64,000 nucleotides of DNA from Nitrospirota bacterium. GTDB taxonomy: Bacteria > Nitrospirota > UBA9217. Position 1 is the first letter of the stretch; every line of letters begins with the position of its first letter. Position numbers and translations under genes: made by a program. Below, piece after piece: positions 21,039-32,044 of this stretch. The DNA lies in contig CAWJQQ010000001.1 of assembly GCA_963845065.1 (NCBI GenBank), positions 544,001 through 608,000 of the forward strand, read 5' to 3'. Below the pieces are notes generated by a model. The model worked only from the letters and a program-made list of their open reading frames with translations. It had not been told where the DNA came from and did no database searches.

Positions 21039-21090
21039 TGGTCGGGGCGAGCCGATTTGAATGGCCGACCACTCGCACCCCCAAGCGAAC
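21039..21090 (-). other. 3' fragment of tRNA-Pro (att-site-like remnant)
   Basis: Minus strand TTCGCTTGGGGGTGCGAGTGGTCGGCCATTCAAATCGGCTCGCCCCGACCA: anticodon arm, T arm and CCA present; D arm and 5' acceptor strand missing. Confidence 0.75.
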
Positions 21091-21187
21091 GCCCGATAGC
21101 CATATATTTGATTTTATTTAGTTTATAATACTTATTTTCGCTTAATTTGCTTTATAATCTGCGACATTTTCACGACATATTTCATTG

Positions 21188-21297
21188 TTACTTTTCCCCC
21201 TGGATCGCGTCCTTCGCTGTTTTCGCAACGCGAAATTTCATGACTTTCTTCGTCGATAGCTTGATCACCCTCTCCTCTCGCGGGGTTGCGACCCATG
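21188..21297 (-). pseudogene. HU DNA-binding protein C-terminal fragment
   Basis: MGRNPARGE / frameshift / VIKLSTKKVMKFRVAKTAKDAIQGEK*. Confidence 0.7.
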
Positions 21298-21853
21298 AGG
21301 TTAAGAGGGCGAGTTTATTTGGATAGCTGTTTAAATGGAATGATAGTTAGAGTCTTTTACGGATCGGGTCACAAGCGAGACTTGAACGAGCAGAATTTAT
21401 GCGAATAATGCGAGATATATCTTGCATATCCCCATACAGTCTAAAACATACGCATGATTCACAGTTCGTAGGGTTGTGCTTTTTTTCCGTGGCCCTCTCG
21501 GATGATGTGTTAAAATACTGATTGTTATGCGATTACATCTTGGTTGTTCTATAGCTAAAGACTTCGGAGAATTGCTGGAGGCTGTATTTCTGATGGTATT
21601 TTTCGGTCAGCATGCGGCGTCTCTGTGTAGACCATACTACACATTATGCATGCTTCCACCTGACCTAAGACGCCGTGTATCAATTATTTACTTTTAGCAA
21701 GATGCTGCGAGATTTCGTCCTTATGGAGCCTTACATACGAACAGCTCGGTTTCGCCCCACATTTCCTGCACGAAATGTCATAAGCGGAATTTACTGTGCA
21801 ACACGTAGTGCAGGAATAATGCTCATTTCTATACCATTTTTCATATCCGACTT

Positions 21854-23184
21854 CAGTAGTGTCCGGTTGTTACGTAAATAGATTCAATTGGTTATCGTCA
21901 TGATGTTCGTTTTCGTGACTAATTGTTTCATTAACCAGCTGAGAAATGGGTATTTTCTCAAAAAGGTTGACCTCCAAAATTTGTAGAATCGTGTGGAGAC
22001 TGCCGGGAAGATTCAATCGCTTCTTGACAATCGCTACAAGAAGATAAACACTGACCGCAACCCAGATTTGAGTCTTGACCGCATTGGGTGATGTCCCAAA
22101 GAACGACTTGATGCGGAGATGTTGTTTGATCCATTTGAAGAACAACTCCACCTGCCAACGGGACCGATAAATATCGGCGACGGTCTTGGCCGGTATAAGA
22201 AAGTTGTTCGTAAGAAATACGAGGCGTTTGTCGCGCTCTATATCGTGATAGCGCACCCGACGCAAAGGGTCGGGATAAGCCATGCGCGATTTGTAGCCAA
22301 CGAGCAGAACCGTCTGATCGGCCTGTACGCCGATGGCTTTGTCCACCGAAGCAGAATAGATACGACGCAGTCTCGTGTTGTGCTTGCTCCGGATAACGAA
22401 GAAAGCTGAAAGTTGATTGATATGATAGAGCTGTTCGAAATCGAGATATGCGCGATCCATCGTATAGACTGAATCGGCTTCGAACGGAACGGCATCCATC
22501 ATATTGACGTCGTGAACGCTGCCAGGAGTCACGAAAATAAAGGTCGGAATTGATCCCTGCACGTTGAGTAAAGTGTGAATCTTGACGGCTGCTTTCTTTT
22601 TCCGAAATGTCGCCCACTGAAATGTGGACAGGCAGAGATCTATAACCGTTGAATCTAGCGCATAGACCGCGAACTTCAGATCGAGGCCAAGGTCCTCGTC
22701 TCGGTAGAGCTTGCTGGCGATGTCGATGAGCACATAGCCAAAGTCCTGATAGATGCGAAAGTCTCGAAGCTCGTTGGCGTCTGCCAGCGTGGACTTGGAG
22801 ATCTTCCCCCGGAATCCCATGTGATAGAGCTTTGGTCGATGGGAATTGAGACACGTTACGATGTCTCGCAGACTTTCGCGATAGGTCAATTGAGCGAACG
22901 CCATGCAGAGAAACTGATCCATGCATGAGAAACTTCTGACCTTGTGATTGCCGTGATAACGAAGGACGCATTGATTGAACTCGTACCGTGGTAGATGCTG
23001 GATCAGTTGAGCAAAAATCGTTTTTCCGGAATTCATCGTCGTCCCTCCTCATACTGTGCTGAGGTGGATTATAGGATGAATTTGGGTAAATTGAGTTCAA
23101 ATCGAAAAGTTGCATTTTGGCTTCTATCTCTTTGAATTACGCTGAGTTATCAAGCTTCAGAAAAACGATAACCGGCCACGGTTG
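21854..23184 (-). mobile_element. IS4 family element (1331 bp), 9-bp TSD ATCCGACTT
   Basis: IRs CAGTAGTGTCCGGTT / CAACCGTGGCCGGTT; TSD at 21845-21853 and 23185-23193. Confidence 0.92.
21870..23036 (-). CDS. IS4 family transposase (DUF4372 + DDE)
   Basis: ALDSTVIDL, MDRAY, YRSRWQVELFFKWIKQHLRIK. Confidence 0.95.
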   Translation of the reverse strand: MNSGKTIFAQLIQHLPRYEFNQCVLRYHGNHKVRSFSCMDQFLCMAFAQLTYRESLRDIVTCLNSHRPKLYHMGFRGKISKSTLADANELRDFRIYQDFGYVLIDIASKLYRDEDLGLDLKFAVYALDSTVIDLCLSTFQWATFRKKKAAVKIHTLLNVQGSIPTFIFVTPGSVHDVNMMDAVPFEADSVYTMDRAYLDFEQLYHINQLSAFFVIRSKHNTRLRRIYSASVDKAIGVQADQTVLLVGYKSRMAYPDPLRRVRYHDIERDKRLVFLTNNFLIPAKTVADIYRSRWQVELFFKWIKQHLRIKSFFGTSPNAVKTQIWVAVSVYLLVAIVKKRLNLPGSLHTILQILEVNLFEKIPISQLVNETISHENEHHDDNQLNLFT

Positions 23185-23607
23185 ATCCGACTTCTTTAAT
23201 GCGTTCCTGGGATTTCCACAGCTCAATGCGATGCGGCATCTCAGCCTGAAACGCTTGCAGATTCTTACGGGGTACTCTGAACATTCGCCGCAAATTTCCA
23301 CTCCTTTTTCAGCGGCGCATTTTGCCATCGTACATTTGCTCTTGCAGTATTAGCATCTTTCTCTGTCCGGCAACTGGTACCTGCATTTCCTTAGGAGATC
23401 GTTGAAGACGCTGGGCCATCACCTTAAGTCGATCAGAATCTTCTTTGTGCCGATAAAGACGCGGCATGAGGGGCAAAATAATCCGCATACCGCGACAAGG
23501 CGCCTATCGGGGATGCGAATGTTTTCGCTTGTTTCTTTCATAAGTTTGAACCATCCTCTCCTCGTGATGAACAGCGCCATCTTCACGCCCAAATAACGGG
23601 TTAATAA

Positions 23608-24261
23608 CTATTGTCCCGCGCGTACGGGCCATACATTGTGGTTATAGGTTTTATTGAAGTATTTCAAGTTGCCGTAGTTCATATCAAGGACCCATGCTTG
23701 GGAGGTATCGTCGGCAAAAGAGGTGGACGACCAATAGTAGTCGTACGACAGTACGTTATCGAATCCCTGGCTATTCAACCACGCGGCGGTATCGGGTTGA
23801 GCCTTATTGACAAGGCTTTCTAGCTCGTTGATGTTCGGCAAGCGCCAGTCGTTATATCCAAGGTAATTTTCAGCATTCAGCTTTGCAACATAATCAAGGG
23901 CATGCTGCCATGTAACCTCTCCGTATGATACCGGACTCTGCCTCTCCCAATGAGGATCTCTTATCAACATGAGATTGCCATTGGGCGCCCAGACGAGTCC
24001 TGTAAGATTGTCGGTAATTGAGGTGTCTGCGTTTGTGGTGAAACGCGGATTCGGCCAAACAACGCCTTTTTGCAGGTCTCCATCCTGCCCTGTATTAGTG
24101 CAGGATATAACAGTGCCCGAGCTGTCATAGCAAGTCGCCTGGCCGGTGCTGGGTAGTTTGACCGTGTTATCTTTGCTTGCACCATAGCTCAAACAAACGA
24201 TACTTGTTACCATGATAACTAACAATAATGCTGCAATCCAAAAGCTGTGTCGTACTTTCAT
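23608..24261 (-). CDS. Secreted DUF1566 (Lcl, C-type-lectin-fold) domain protein
   Basis: [43 protein letters not shown]. Confidence 0.88.
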   Translation of the reverse strand: MKVRHSFWIAALLLVIMVTSIVCLSYGASKDNTVKLPSTGQATCYDSSGTVISCTNTGQDGDLQKGVVWPNPRFTTNADTSITDNLTGLVWAPNGNLMLIRDPHWERQSPVSYGEVTWQHALDYVAKLNAENYLGYNDWRLPNINELESLVNKAQPDTAAWLNSQGFDNVLSYDYYWSSTSFADDTSQAWVLDMNYGNLKYFNKTYNHNVWPVRAGQ

Positions 24262-24556
24262 GCTTTAACCTCTCTATATTGAAATAACTTGATACCACGA
24301 TCTTTTTTTGATTCTTCCACAGAGTAATGCTTGCGCGTATAATTTCAATTATACACTATTCTTTTCGGCCAGGTTCGAAATGCAGTGTAGGGATGCAGTG
24401 TACAAACCAGGTCATAACACAATCTTCATGACGGATTTCGTAGCTTTAGGGGTACGGCGGCAGAGGCTCAGGTTTTTCATGACGCATTTCTCAATTTATT
24501 GTCGCCTCTCCCTCTCGCACAGCCACAACCGGGTATAAAAAATAGATGTCCATTAT

Positions 24557-26530
24557 TTACACCTTACCGCAGTTGTTTTCATGCCCCCCTCCGCGATCAG
24601 GGGCTGTAACCGTCTGCGGCGTTGTGCGGTTCAGGTTCTCTTCGAAGTTCTGAATAAAGAGGTGATCAAGAATCTGGACGGTCAGGATGATCGTCAAAGC
24701 GCTGTTCAGCCTTCTCTTCAACAGGGAGTTGGAGGAAAGCAGCTTCAAAAACCACCGCAATGCAAGGATTCGTCGATAACTGAAAATGCCGCTTTTCGCG
24801 ATGGCTTCGCGGCTGAGATATTTATCGAAAAGGGCATCCAACCCGGAACATCGCCCCTTTTCGATCCACAGGGGAGGGGCGGAATAGGGCCATTTTTTCC
24901 AGGAGTAGATGGCCTCGGTGAGTCGCTCCCTGAAGGCTTCCCGCAGAACATATTTCTCAACGCCGTCGCGAATCTTGAAACTGTCCGGAATGCGGCGCGC
25001 CGCCTCAAAGAGATGGTGGTCCAGGAAAGGAGTCCTGCCCTCGATGGAATGTCCCAATTCAGTGCGGTCGCCAAGGACGGTGAGCAGGTAAGGGGCGAGC
25101 ATGTTCTTGATCCAGGCATACTGCATTTTCCTCGCCAACGACCGCCCTTCCGTCTGATCCCGGTCGATGCGCTCTACGAGCCTCTGCAGGGGATGGCGTG
25201 CCGTAAGCCGGGGCCTGTGTTTCCTGTCGAAAAAGCCGAGAATGAATTTTTGGACTTTCGGCGACAGCATAAGAACGTAGTCCGGCATGGGGACGAAACC
25301 GAGCGTTTCCAGCATCCCACCCGTCTGAGAGCGCCTCGGCGTCTCTTGCCCTTTTAGCTTGTTTACCATCTGATCGAGGAGCGAGCCTTTCCCAGACTGG
25401 AAAATGATGTACCCGAGGAACACCTCATCAGATCCCTCCCCCGTGAGGATGACTTTTACGTGCTCGCGTGCGAGACTCGACAGCATGAATTTTCCGACAC
25501 CGTGGAAGTTGCTAAAGGGCAACTCCGTCACCCAGATGCAATCCTCGGTATTTGCCAGGAGTGCTTCAGGACCGCACTCGATGGAGTGGAACTCCGCCCC
25601 AATCTTATCCGCCATCTCCCGCGACAGCCGGGCTTCGTCGAATGCCTCGTCCTGTGGGAAGGAGATGTTGAAAGCCATCACCTTATCGCGGTGATATTCG
25701 GCAACCGTGGCCGCGACGATTGCCGAATCGATCCCCCCGCTGAGATAGACGCCTACGGGAACGTCGGCTCTGAGGCGCAATCGCACGGCCTCGTCGAATT
25801 TCTCCCGAACCATTGCAAGGCAACGGTCAAAATCCGTTTCGTTCCCTGCGTCTTTTTCTGCCGGCAGATCACAATCCCAGTAACGCTTCATTTCGTACGT
25901 GCCTTCTCTCAGGTTCGCAACGAGCAGACATCCTGGCGGGACGACTTCGACCGCCTCGAACATCGAATCAGGGATCACCATGCTGAAAAAGTCACGTATG
26001 GCTTCAATATTGAGTCGGGGAGTGAGCAATCCAGTTGCCATCATTGCCTTGGCCTCCGATGCAAAGAGCAGACGTCCATCCTGATTGTTGAAGAAAAGCG
26101 GTTTGATCCCGAATCGATCTCGGACAGCCAGCAATTTTCGATCTCGCCAGTCATAGAGGAGGAAGGCAAATTCACCACGGAGGTGATCGACAAAAGCGAG
26201 GCCGTATTGCTGGTACAAGTGGATGATCACTTCGGAGTCGCTGCGGGTGCGGAACACGTGACCGTGGAAGATGAGTTCTTCGCGCAGGCGTTCGAAATCG
26301 TAGATCTCACCGTTACAGACGAGGACGATATCCCCGTCCTCCGAATAGAGGGGTTGGGCCCCGGTCACAAGGTCTATGATGGAAAGCCGCGCGTGTCCCA
26401 GGGCGACAGGGAATTCGGGATCAAGGAACATACCGCTGCCGTCTGGCCCGCGATGGTGTATCGAATTGATAGCTCGCTGCAGTGCCTGTTCGGAAACGGA
26501 ATGGCCCGTCACCCCCACGATACCGCACAT
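24557..26530 (-). CDS. asnB: Asparagine synthase (glutamine-hydrolysing) / amidotransferase
   Basis: N-terminal CGI, HRGPD, HARLSIID, NGEIY, RDRFGIKPL, LSGGIDS, GEGSDE. Confidence 0.92.
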   Translation of the reverse strand: MCGIVGVTGHSVSEQALQRAINSIHHRGPDGSGMFLDPEFPVALGHARLSIIDLVTGAQPLYSEDGDIVLVCNGEIYDFERLREELIFHGHVFRTRSDSEVIIHLYQQYGLAFVDHLRGEFAFLLYDWRDRKLLAVRDRFGIKPLFFNNQDGRLLFASEAKAMMATGLLTPRLNIEAIRDFFSMVIPDSMFEAVEVVPPGCLLVANLREGTYEMKRYWDCDLPAEKDAGNETDFDRCLAMVREKFDEAVRLRLRADVPVGVYLSGGIDSAIVAATVAEYHRDKVMAFNISFPQDEAFDEARLSREMADKIGAEFHSIECGPEALLANTEDCIWVTELPFSNFHGVGKFMLSSLAREHVKVILTGEGSDEVFLGYIIFQSGKGSLLDQMVNKLKGQETPRRSQTGGMLETLGFVPMPDYVLMLSPKVQKFILGFFDRKHRPRLTARHPLQRLVERIDRDQTEGRSLARKMQYAWIKNMLAPYLLTVLGDRTELGHSIEGRTPFLDHHLFEAARRIPDSFKIRDGVEKYVLREAFRERLTEAIYSWKKWPYSAPPLWIEKGRCSGLDALFDKYLSREAIAKSGIFSYRRILALRWFLKLLSSNSLLKRRLNSALTIILTVQILDHLFIQNFEENLNRTTPQTVTAPDRGGGHENNCGKV

Positions 26531-26729
26531 ATCACACCTCCCATGGAGCTTGGTCTTTCTTGGGATTCTCCCCTCGCGCAGTGAGGGGAGAACTATATTG
26601 AGCAGACCCCCCTAGGTAACTCCGGTTTTTGGGTGTTATCTAGTTTAGTAGTGAACGTGCAATTTACTAATGGAAATTTTGATCATATGTTTGTTTTCTG
26701 GTGATGTCAACGATTTTGATAAGGTATTA

Positions 26730-27640
26730 CCTGAATCTTGCGCCAAAACGTAGTTTTCCCTGTTTGTCGGCGGAATTCTGATTGCCAGCGACCACTCACG
26801 CTCCGCCACTACTTCACTTCGAATTATCACCTGCGTTAACTCAACTCACAACAAGCTGAAAGATTCCTTTCGTGTCTCTCAGCTTGTGCTGTGCAAGAAA
26901 TTTCATGCATCATTGAATCAAGAAGAATTTTCCGCGGGTCGCAGCCTTAAAACCTCCATATGCCAGCATTGCCACTGACTGCTATCGAACCATGGCCGAA
27001 CACGCATGCGTACTCGATCAAGGTGTTCCATGAAGCTGAAGAGTCCTGCTACCCGACTAGTATGCTCTGAGTATCTCACTTTCGTTGTATTCCCCATAGT
27101 AACCAGCTTAGCTGCGATCAAGAGTAACTTGAGCCTGGCGATTCGGATAGTATTGTCCGCAATTCCGCTCAAACCTGTGGGCGATATGTTCACCTTCGCT
27201 TTATTCTGCCGCTCACTGTATTCCGCGAGCATCTTGAACGACCGCCAAACGTTGTAGGCCAACAAAACAATTTGAAAATATGCGTAGTTGTTCATGAACC
27301 GGCGCGTGGGAATTGCCGACAGTCCTTCTCGCTTTACTTCGCCGATCTGGTTCTCGCAGTCTGCCCCGCTTGTCATACTCACTGATCGCCTGATGAGATT
27401 TGCCCGAATGATTGGTGACGAATTCACGATACGTAAAGTTGCCGTCTTCCAATAGTTCAAGCTGCGTGCCTCCCTTGCCTGATTTCTTTCCCGGAATACG
27501 CATTGAGACGAAACGACGTTCTCCCAGCCATCCCATCGGCGTATATCAGCACTCATTGTATTCTACATTGTCGTTTTTGTGCGCCTTGTACGTCTTGGAA
27601 TCAAAGGGCGGCTTGCATACTTTATTGCCGAAGAGGATGT
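26730..27640 (-). mobile_element. Truncated IS1380 family element (3' half, frameshifted transposase)
   Basis: IR CCTGAATCTTGC at 26730; translation is a diverged match to the C-terminal half of the 47318-48826 transposase; frameshift near 27365. Confidence 0.88.
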
Positions 27641-27829
27641 TGCAGCTGAGCATTAAACAGCGCCTACTGTTTGATTGTGAACGATATCGTGGCACAAAAA
27701 ATTGTGCACGATGTTATGTCCTTTGTCAATTAGGGGATAAATAACAAGATCAATATAGCAGAGAAAATATTTATTTGTAATCTACCCAAAACAGAAATCT
27801 CCTACCAAGAATGTACTATATGATCTTGT

Positions 27830-28714
27830 TTATCGTACTTGGCGCACCCGCTGTTGCACCTGGATGCGCATCCCCTTCGCATAACCACTCGCCATATAAT
27901 CTGTGGTATGCATAATCGCGAGACGGCCCTTCCGGTCGAGAGCAATGAGGCCGGCCTGGCCGTGAATGCGAAGAAGGGCTTTTAGAGCCGCACGTACTGC
28001 TAAAGCGGGTGTCCTATCCACCATCAGCAAACAAGTCTCTTTTGCGAGCGATCTTCTGAGGATGTGTTCTCCTGACCCGGTGCAGGAAACGGCGCCGCTT
28101 TCGTTCTCCGCATAGGTTCCGGCGCCGATGATCGGCGAGTCCCCCACCCGTCCGGGGAGCATTGCGTGGGTTCCGCCGGTGGATGTTCCTGCCGCCAGAT
28201 TTCCTCTTACATCCAGCGCAACCGCTCCCACGGTCGAGAAATATTTCCGGTAGAGCCGGACGACCTCGTGTTCCCGTCGAAGGAGCTTTTTCAATTTCTC
28301 CCGCAATTCCTTTGATGGCCTGGGAAGCCGTGTAAGACCTCGTGCGATCCTGCACGCGCCCATATTCGTCATGAGCACATGCGGGGTGTCCATCACCCTT
28401 CTCGCCGCTTGGATGGGATTGCGAAAGCCTTCAAGACCGGCAACTGCCCCGGCTTTCATTTCTGTTCCTTCCATAAGCGAGGCGTCGAACCTCTGTACGC
28501 CATCGAGCTGCAGCACTCCACCCAGTCCCGCGTTGAACATGCCCGAGTTCTCCATGACGGTTACTGCCGCGACTACAGCGTCAAGGCTACAGCCCCCGTT
28601 CAAAAGGATCGTGTAGCCTTTTGCAAGAGATTCTGCTAGGACATCGAGAGAGGTTTTTTGGGGCGGTTTATATCCAGCGCCACCGTGCACGAGGAGTACG
28701 GGATTCGCTTTCAT
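27830..28714 (-). CDS. Isoaspartyl peptidase / plant-type L-asparaginase (Ntn hydrolase)
   Basis: VHGGAG, FNAG, STVGAVA, TSTGG, GRVGDSP, SCTGSGE. Confidence 0.92.
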   Translation of the reverse strand: MKANPVLLVHGGAGYKPPQKTSLDVLAESLAKGYTILLNGGCSLDAVVAAVTVMENSGMFNAGLGGVLQLDGVQRFDASLMEGTEMKAGAVAGLEGFRNPIQAARRVMDTPHVLMTNMGACRIARGLTRLPRPSKELREKLKKLLRREHEVVRLYRKYFSTVGAVALDVRGNLAAGTSTGGTHAMLPGRVGDSPIIGAGTYAENESGAVSCTGSGEHILRRSLAKETCLLMVDRTPALAVRAALKALLRIHGQAGLIALDRKGRLAIMHTTDYMASGYAKGMRIQVQQRVRQVR

Positions 28715-29268
28715 GGCTTGAGCGTACAATAACGGAAGGGAAAAGGCAAGAGGAGTTCAGGTTGATGTCAAGCCAAAGAACGGAGGGGATGATTCATAAT
28801 TTTGGAGTGAAATGTTCATTTGCCAAAACTGGCAACCGTTGCGAAGTACACGAAGTTCTTGTTGCCAGAAAAACAATATCATAGTATCTATAATTCAAAC
28901 AGCATTATTCACCTTCCTAACAATTCTGGCTCTCTGACCTTCACCTCCCATGAAGAGGGTTTTGTCAAGTGATCCCCTTGAGTTTTTTAATGCTGCCGCA
29001 TCATTCTCAAATCATATCAGTCTCGACAAAGAGTCCGGTTATTTGTCAGGAATCAACTATCCTCCCATTCGAGATCACACTATCGGTGTCTCACCTCACT
29101 GATGCTGATGGCACGCCCATTCTACAAGCCGGCTTTTTTACACTGGAACGGTAACCATCGTAAGAAGAGAGCTTTTCCATTCACGCCGACACATCTAGTG
29201 CATTGACAAACAACATAGAGGACTAGTAGTATTGGAAGAACTTTTCAAGGTTATGCTCTAGACATTAC

Positions 29269-30930
29269 CAAACTATCCGCAGAAAGCCCCTGGTTTTAAC
29301 CATGGGGATGAATGCGGAACTTTGTTTTTCGGCAATTAGTAGACAAATGTACATCTATGTGGTATATTTAAACAACCAATGCCGAATAAACCTAAAACCC
29401 CATCTTGTATCCACGAGTTTCAACTCGTAGCGACTCCAAAGGACAATCGAATGTTCGATGCCCGGCTCGAAGCTGGCCGTTATCTGTACAATGCCTGCCT
29501 TGGTGAAGCGATGAAGCGTCTTACTGCCATGCGGCGATCAGAAAAATGGCTCGTGGCGATCACGAAGAAGAAAAGCAAGCTTCGCACCAAGATGTTTAAG
29601 ACGGCCAGAACCCAGGCTGAATATACTGAATACCACCTTCATAACTACGTCGGTATCCTCCGCAATTCCTGCTGGATCAGTGAGCATATTGACAGCCTGA
29701 CCGCCCAGAAGATAGCATCTCGAGCATATAGCGCCGTCGCTGACTACGAGTTTGGGAAGCATGGCAAACCACGTTTCAAGCGCCATGGCTGGATGTCGTC
29801 CCTTGAAGGTAAAAACAACAAATCTGGTATTCGGTGGTGCGATGACCATGTGGAGTGGACTGGCCTTCGTCTCAACTGTGTCTTCGACAAGAAAGACAAG
29901 TTTGGCGTTCAGGCTCATGCACTTAGCCATGATGTCAAGTACGTTCGTCTGGTCAAGAAAACTATCCGCGGCAATCCCCGCTGGTTTGCCCAGCTTGTGC
30001 TTAAAGGCACGGCCAAGATCAAGCGTGAGAACCAGATTGGCACCGAAACCGTCGGCCTTGACATTGGCCCGTCGACAGTTGCCATCGTTGGTGATACCGA
30101 TGCGTTACTACTCGAATTTTGCCCTGAAGTCGAGATACCGTTTAAACGTATCAAGACCGTCCAGCGCAAAATGGCCAGAAGCCTTCGTGCTACCAGCCCG
30201 GGCAACTACAACGGAGACAAAACCATCAAAACGGGTAAAAAACAGTGGGTCTTTTCTGTTCAATACCGTATTCTTAAAGCTAATCTCGCCGAACTTCAAA
30301 GAATCCTTGCTGAAACCAGAAAACGGTCTCATGGCAAGCTCGTGAACAAAGTCCTCACTCTCGGTACCGACATCAAAACCGAGAAACTGTCGTACAAAGC
30401 ATTTCAGAAACTCTATGGTAAAAGTATTTCGCGACGAGCTCCGGGGATGTTTATGTCGATACTTCACCACAAAGCCGAAAACGCTGGCGGTAAAGTAACC
30501 GAGTTTTCTACCCGGAGCACAAAGCTTTCCCAGACATGCCATTGCGGAACAGTAGCCAAAAAATCATTGTCCCAAAGATGGCATGCCTGCAACTGCGGGG
30601 TAAGCACCCAGCGTGATCTCTATTCCGCATTCCTTGCAAAGCATGTTTCTAACGATGTCCTCGACACGCGTCAGGCTGCCAAAGCCTGGCCGGGTGCAAA
30701 CCTGCTCCTGGAACGGGCGGTGTTGGGGGTGCAGCATGAAGCGGCAAAGGGTCGAATTCATCCAACCAGCTTCGGTATCAAGCAAGAGAACACCACGAAC
30801 CGGAGACAGAGCTGCTCGTCCGTTAAAGGCGGATCAACGACAGTCGAGGCCGACAACGTTCGTATTGTTGCCGGAGAGCCTGTCGGTACAGCCGCTAGAA
30901 CCCCCTGGCTTTAGACATGGGGAGTGGTCA
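29269..30930 (+). mobile_element. tnpB-only IS200/IS605 (IS1341-like) element
   Basis: Similar subterminal hairpins CCCCTGGTTTTAACCATGGGG (left) and CCCCTGGCTTTAGACATGGGG (right); preceded by TTAC; no tnpA; ends approximate. Confidence 0.8.
29379..30914 (+). CDS. tnpB: RNA-guided endonuclease TnpB (511 aa)
   Basis: RuvC VGLDIG, KTEKL and QRDLYSA motifs; Zn finger CHCG...CNCG. Confidence 0.88.
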   Translation: MPNKPKTPSCIHEFQLVATPKDNRMFDARLEAGRYLYNACLGEAMKRLTAMRRSEKWLVAITKKKSKLRTKMFKTARTQAEYTEYHLHNYVGILRNSCWISEHIDSLTAQKIASRAYSAVADYEFGKHGKPRFKRHGWMSSLEGKNNKSGIRWCDDHVEWTGLRLNCVFDKKDKFGVQAHALSHDVKYVRLVKKTIRGNPRWFAQLVLKGTAKIKRENQIGTETVGLDIGPSTVAIVGDTDALLLEFCPEVEIPFKRIKTVQRKMARSLRATSPGNYNGDKTIKTGKKQWVFSVQYRILKANLAELQRILAETRKRSHGKLVNKVLTLGTDIKTEKLSYKAFQKLYGKSISRRAPGMFMSILHHKAENAGGKVTEFSTRSTKLSQTCHCGTVAKKSLSQRWHACNCGVSTQRDLYSAFLAKHVSNDVLDTRQAAKAWPGANLLLERAVLGVQHEAAKGRIHPTSFGIKQENTTNRRQSCSSVKGGSTTVEADNVRIVAGEPVGTAARTPWL

Positions 30931-31186
30931 GAAGGGCAATGTTAGGTAGGTGTCGCTTTTGGTTCAGCACTAAATCTCCGCCCGTTCAATGCTCATAAAA
31001 ATAAATTTGGGATACGGATGATTGATGAATTTGAATTCAATGGGCAGAAATGCTGTACCCTTGTCTTTGCGGTGGAACCCAAAGAACGATAGAGATTGAG
31101 TTGCAGGTTAGCATTAAAAGACAAGAAAGGGGCTAAATGTGAATCATGTTTCAACGCAAACTCAATATGAATCCAGTAATCCCATT

Positions 31187-32044
31187 CTAAAAGCGGTAGG
31201 ACACAAGAACGCCTCTATCCTTCCCGTCTATGAATGGCACAAAACTCAGATTATTTTGCTTAGAATGGGCAGCAACCACCGCTTTACTTGTAAAATAACC
31301 TATTACCGACCCTACAAAAACATCGGATGACCAATGATCATTGTTATGTATCCGTTCGAGGGCTATGAGCGTGGATGCACCGTATACTAATAGAGGAACA
31401 ATCATGTTATCATACTCGATAGCAACAACGGTGGCTATTGCAAATGCTGAAGAGGCATCACCTGACGGAAATGAGTGGTATTCATCATTGGTCATAAATC
31501 CATACCACGTGTTGTGCGAATCCCCGGTATAGGGACGAGCCCTCCCCGTTGTGTATTTCAAGCTCTCAACAAAAAAACCACTAATGACTAAACTCTCGGT
31601 GGACAATAGAAATGTTGTTTTGGCTTTTTCGTCTGAAGAAATGTATCCGTAAGCACCAAAAACTGCCAAGGCAGGTACAGATAAAGTGTATATATTCGAC
31701 GCATCGTCTGCCAAACGCTGAGTTGTAGCATTCTTGTGATTTTGAACCCATGACTTAACTTTGCCATCTTGTGTGTACAAACCTACAGCAATACCCGTAA
31801 TGAGGGATGCCTCCAGCCAGTCAGATGGATTCCAGCATGCTGGCGATGTTAAGATATCCTCGGTATCTGTCAAATAGCCAGTGAAATAATCCATATTAAG
31901 ATGAACCGTTGTTGTCCCTGGGTATGGCAATTGGGTATTTTCCGCTGGAACTGGCGAATTCTCAGCGGTAACAGTAGATGTAGCCATAACAAGAATTAGA
32001 AGAGTAATAATTCCATATGCTTTCAAATAATGAAAATACGACAT
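31187..32044 (-). CDS. PAP2-family phosphatase
   Basis: KYTTGRARP, SFPSGD (D at the position usually H), RIHNNDHWSSDV. Confidence 0.85.
   Translation of the reverse strand: MSYFHYLKAYGIITLLILVMATSTVTAENSPVPAENTQLPYPGTTTVHLNMDYFTGYLTDTEDILTSPACWNPSDWLEASLITGIAVGLYTQDGKVKSWVQNHKNATTQRLADDASNIYTLSVPALAVFGAYGYISSDEKAKTTFLLSTESLVISGFFVESLKYTTGRARPYTGDSHNTWYGFMTNDEYHSFPSGDASSAFAIATVVAIEYDNMIVPLLVYGASTLIALERIHNNDHWSSDVFVGSVIGYFTSKAVVAAHSKQNNLSFVPFIDGKDRGVLVSYRF

Larger units (their letters stand above)
21684..23541 (-). pseudogene. DUF3795-like Cys-rich protein, frameshifted and split by IS4
   Basis: VAVCGLFCPSC...CAAEKGVEICGECSEYP... [IS4] ...YSCTTCCTVNSAYDISCRKCGAKPSC. Confidence 0.7.

Noticed and set aside
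21039..21090. Functional tRNA-Pro
   Set aside because: 5' acceptor strand and D arm absent; extra G in the anticodon region
21958..23115. 385-aa alternative-frame ORF
   Set aside because: Shadow frame of the IS4 transposase with no recognisable motifs
3810..24261. Complete diversity-generating retroelement
   Set aside because: RT is a fragment without a catalytic motif; no avd and no TR/VR pair found by eye
25460..26584. 374-aa plus-strand ORF
   Set aside because: Antisense shadow of asnB
24557..28714. Lasso-peptide cluster (AsnB-like cyclase plus isopeptidase)
   Set aside because: AsnB retains the full N-terminal Cys glutaminase domain; no precursor, B protein or RRE is nearby
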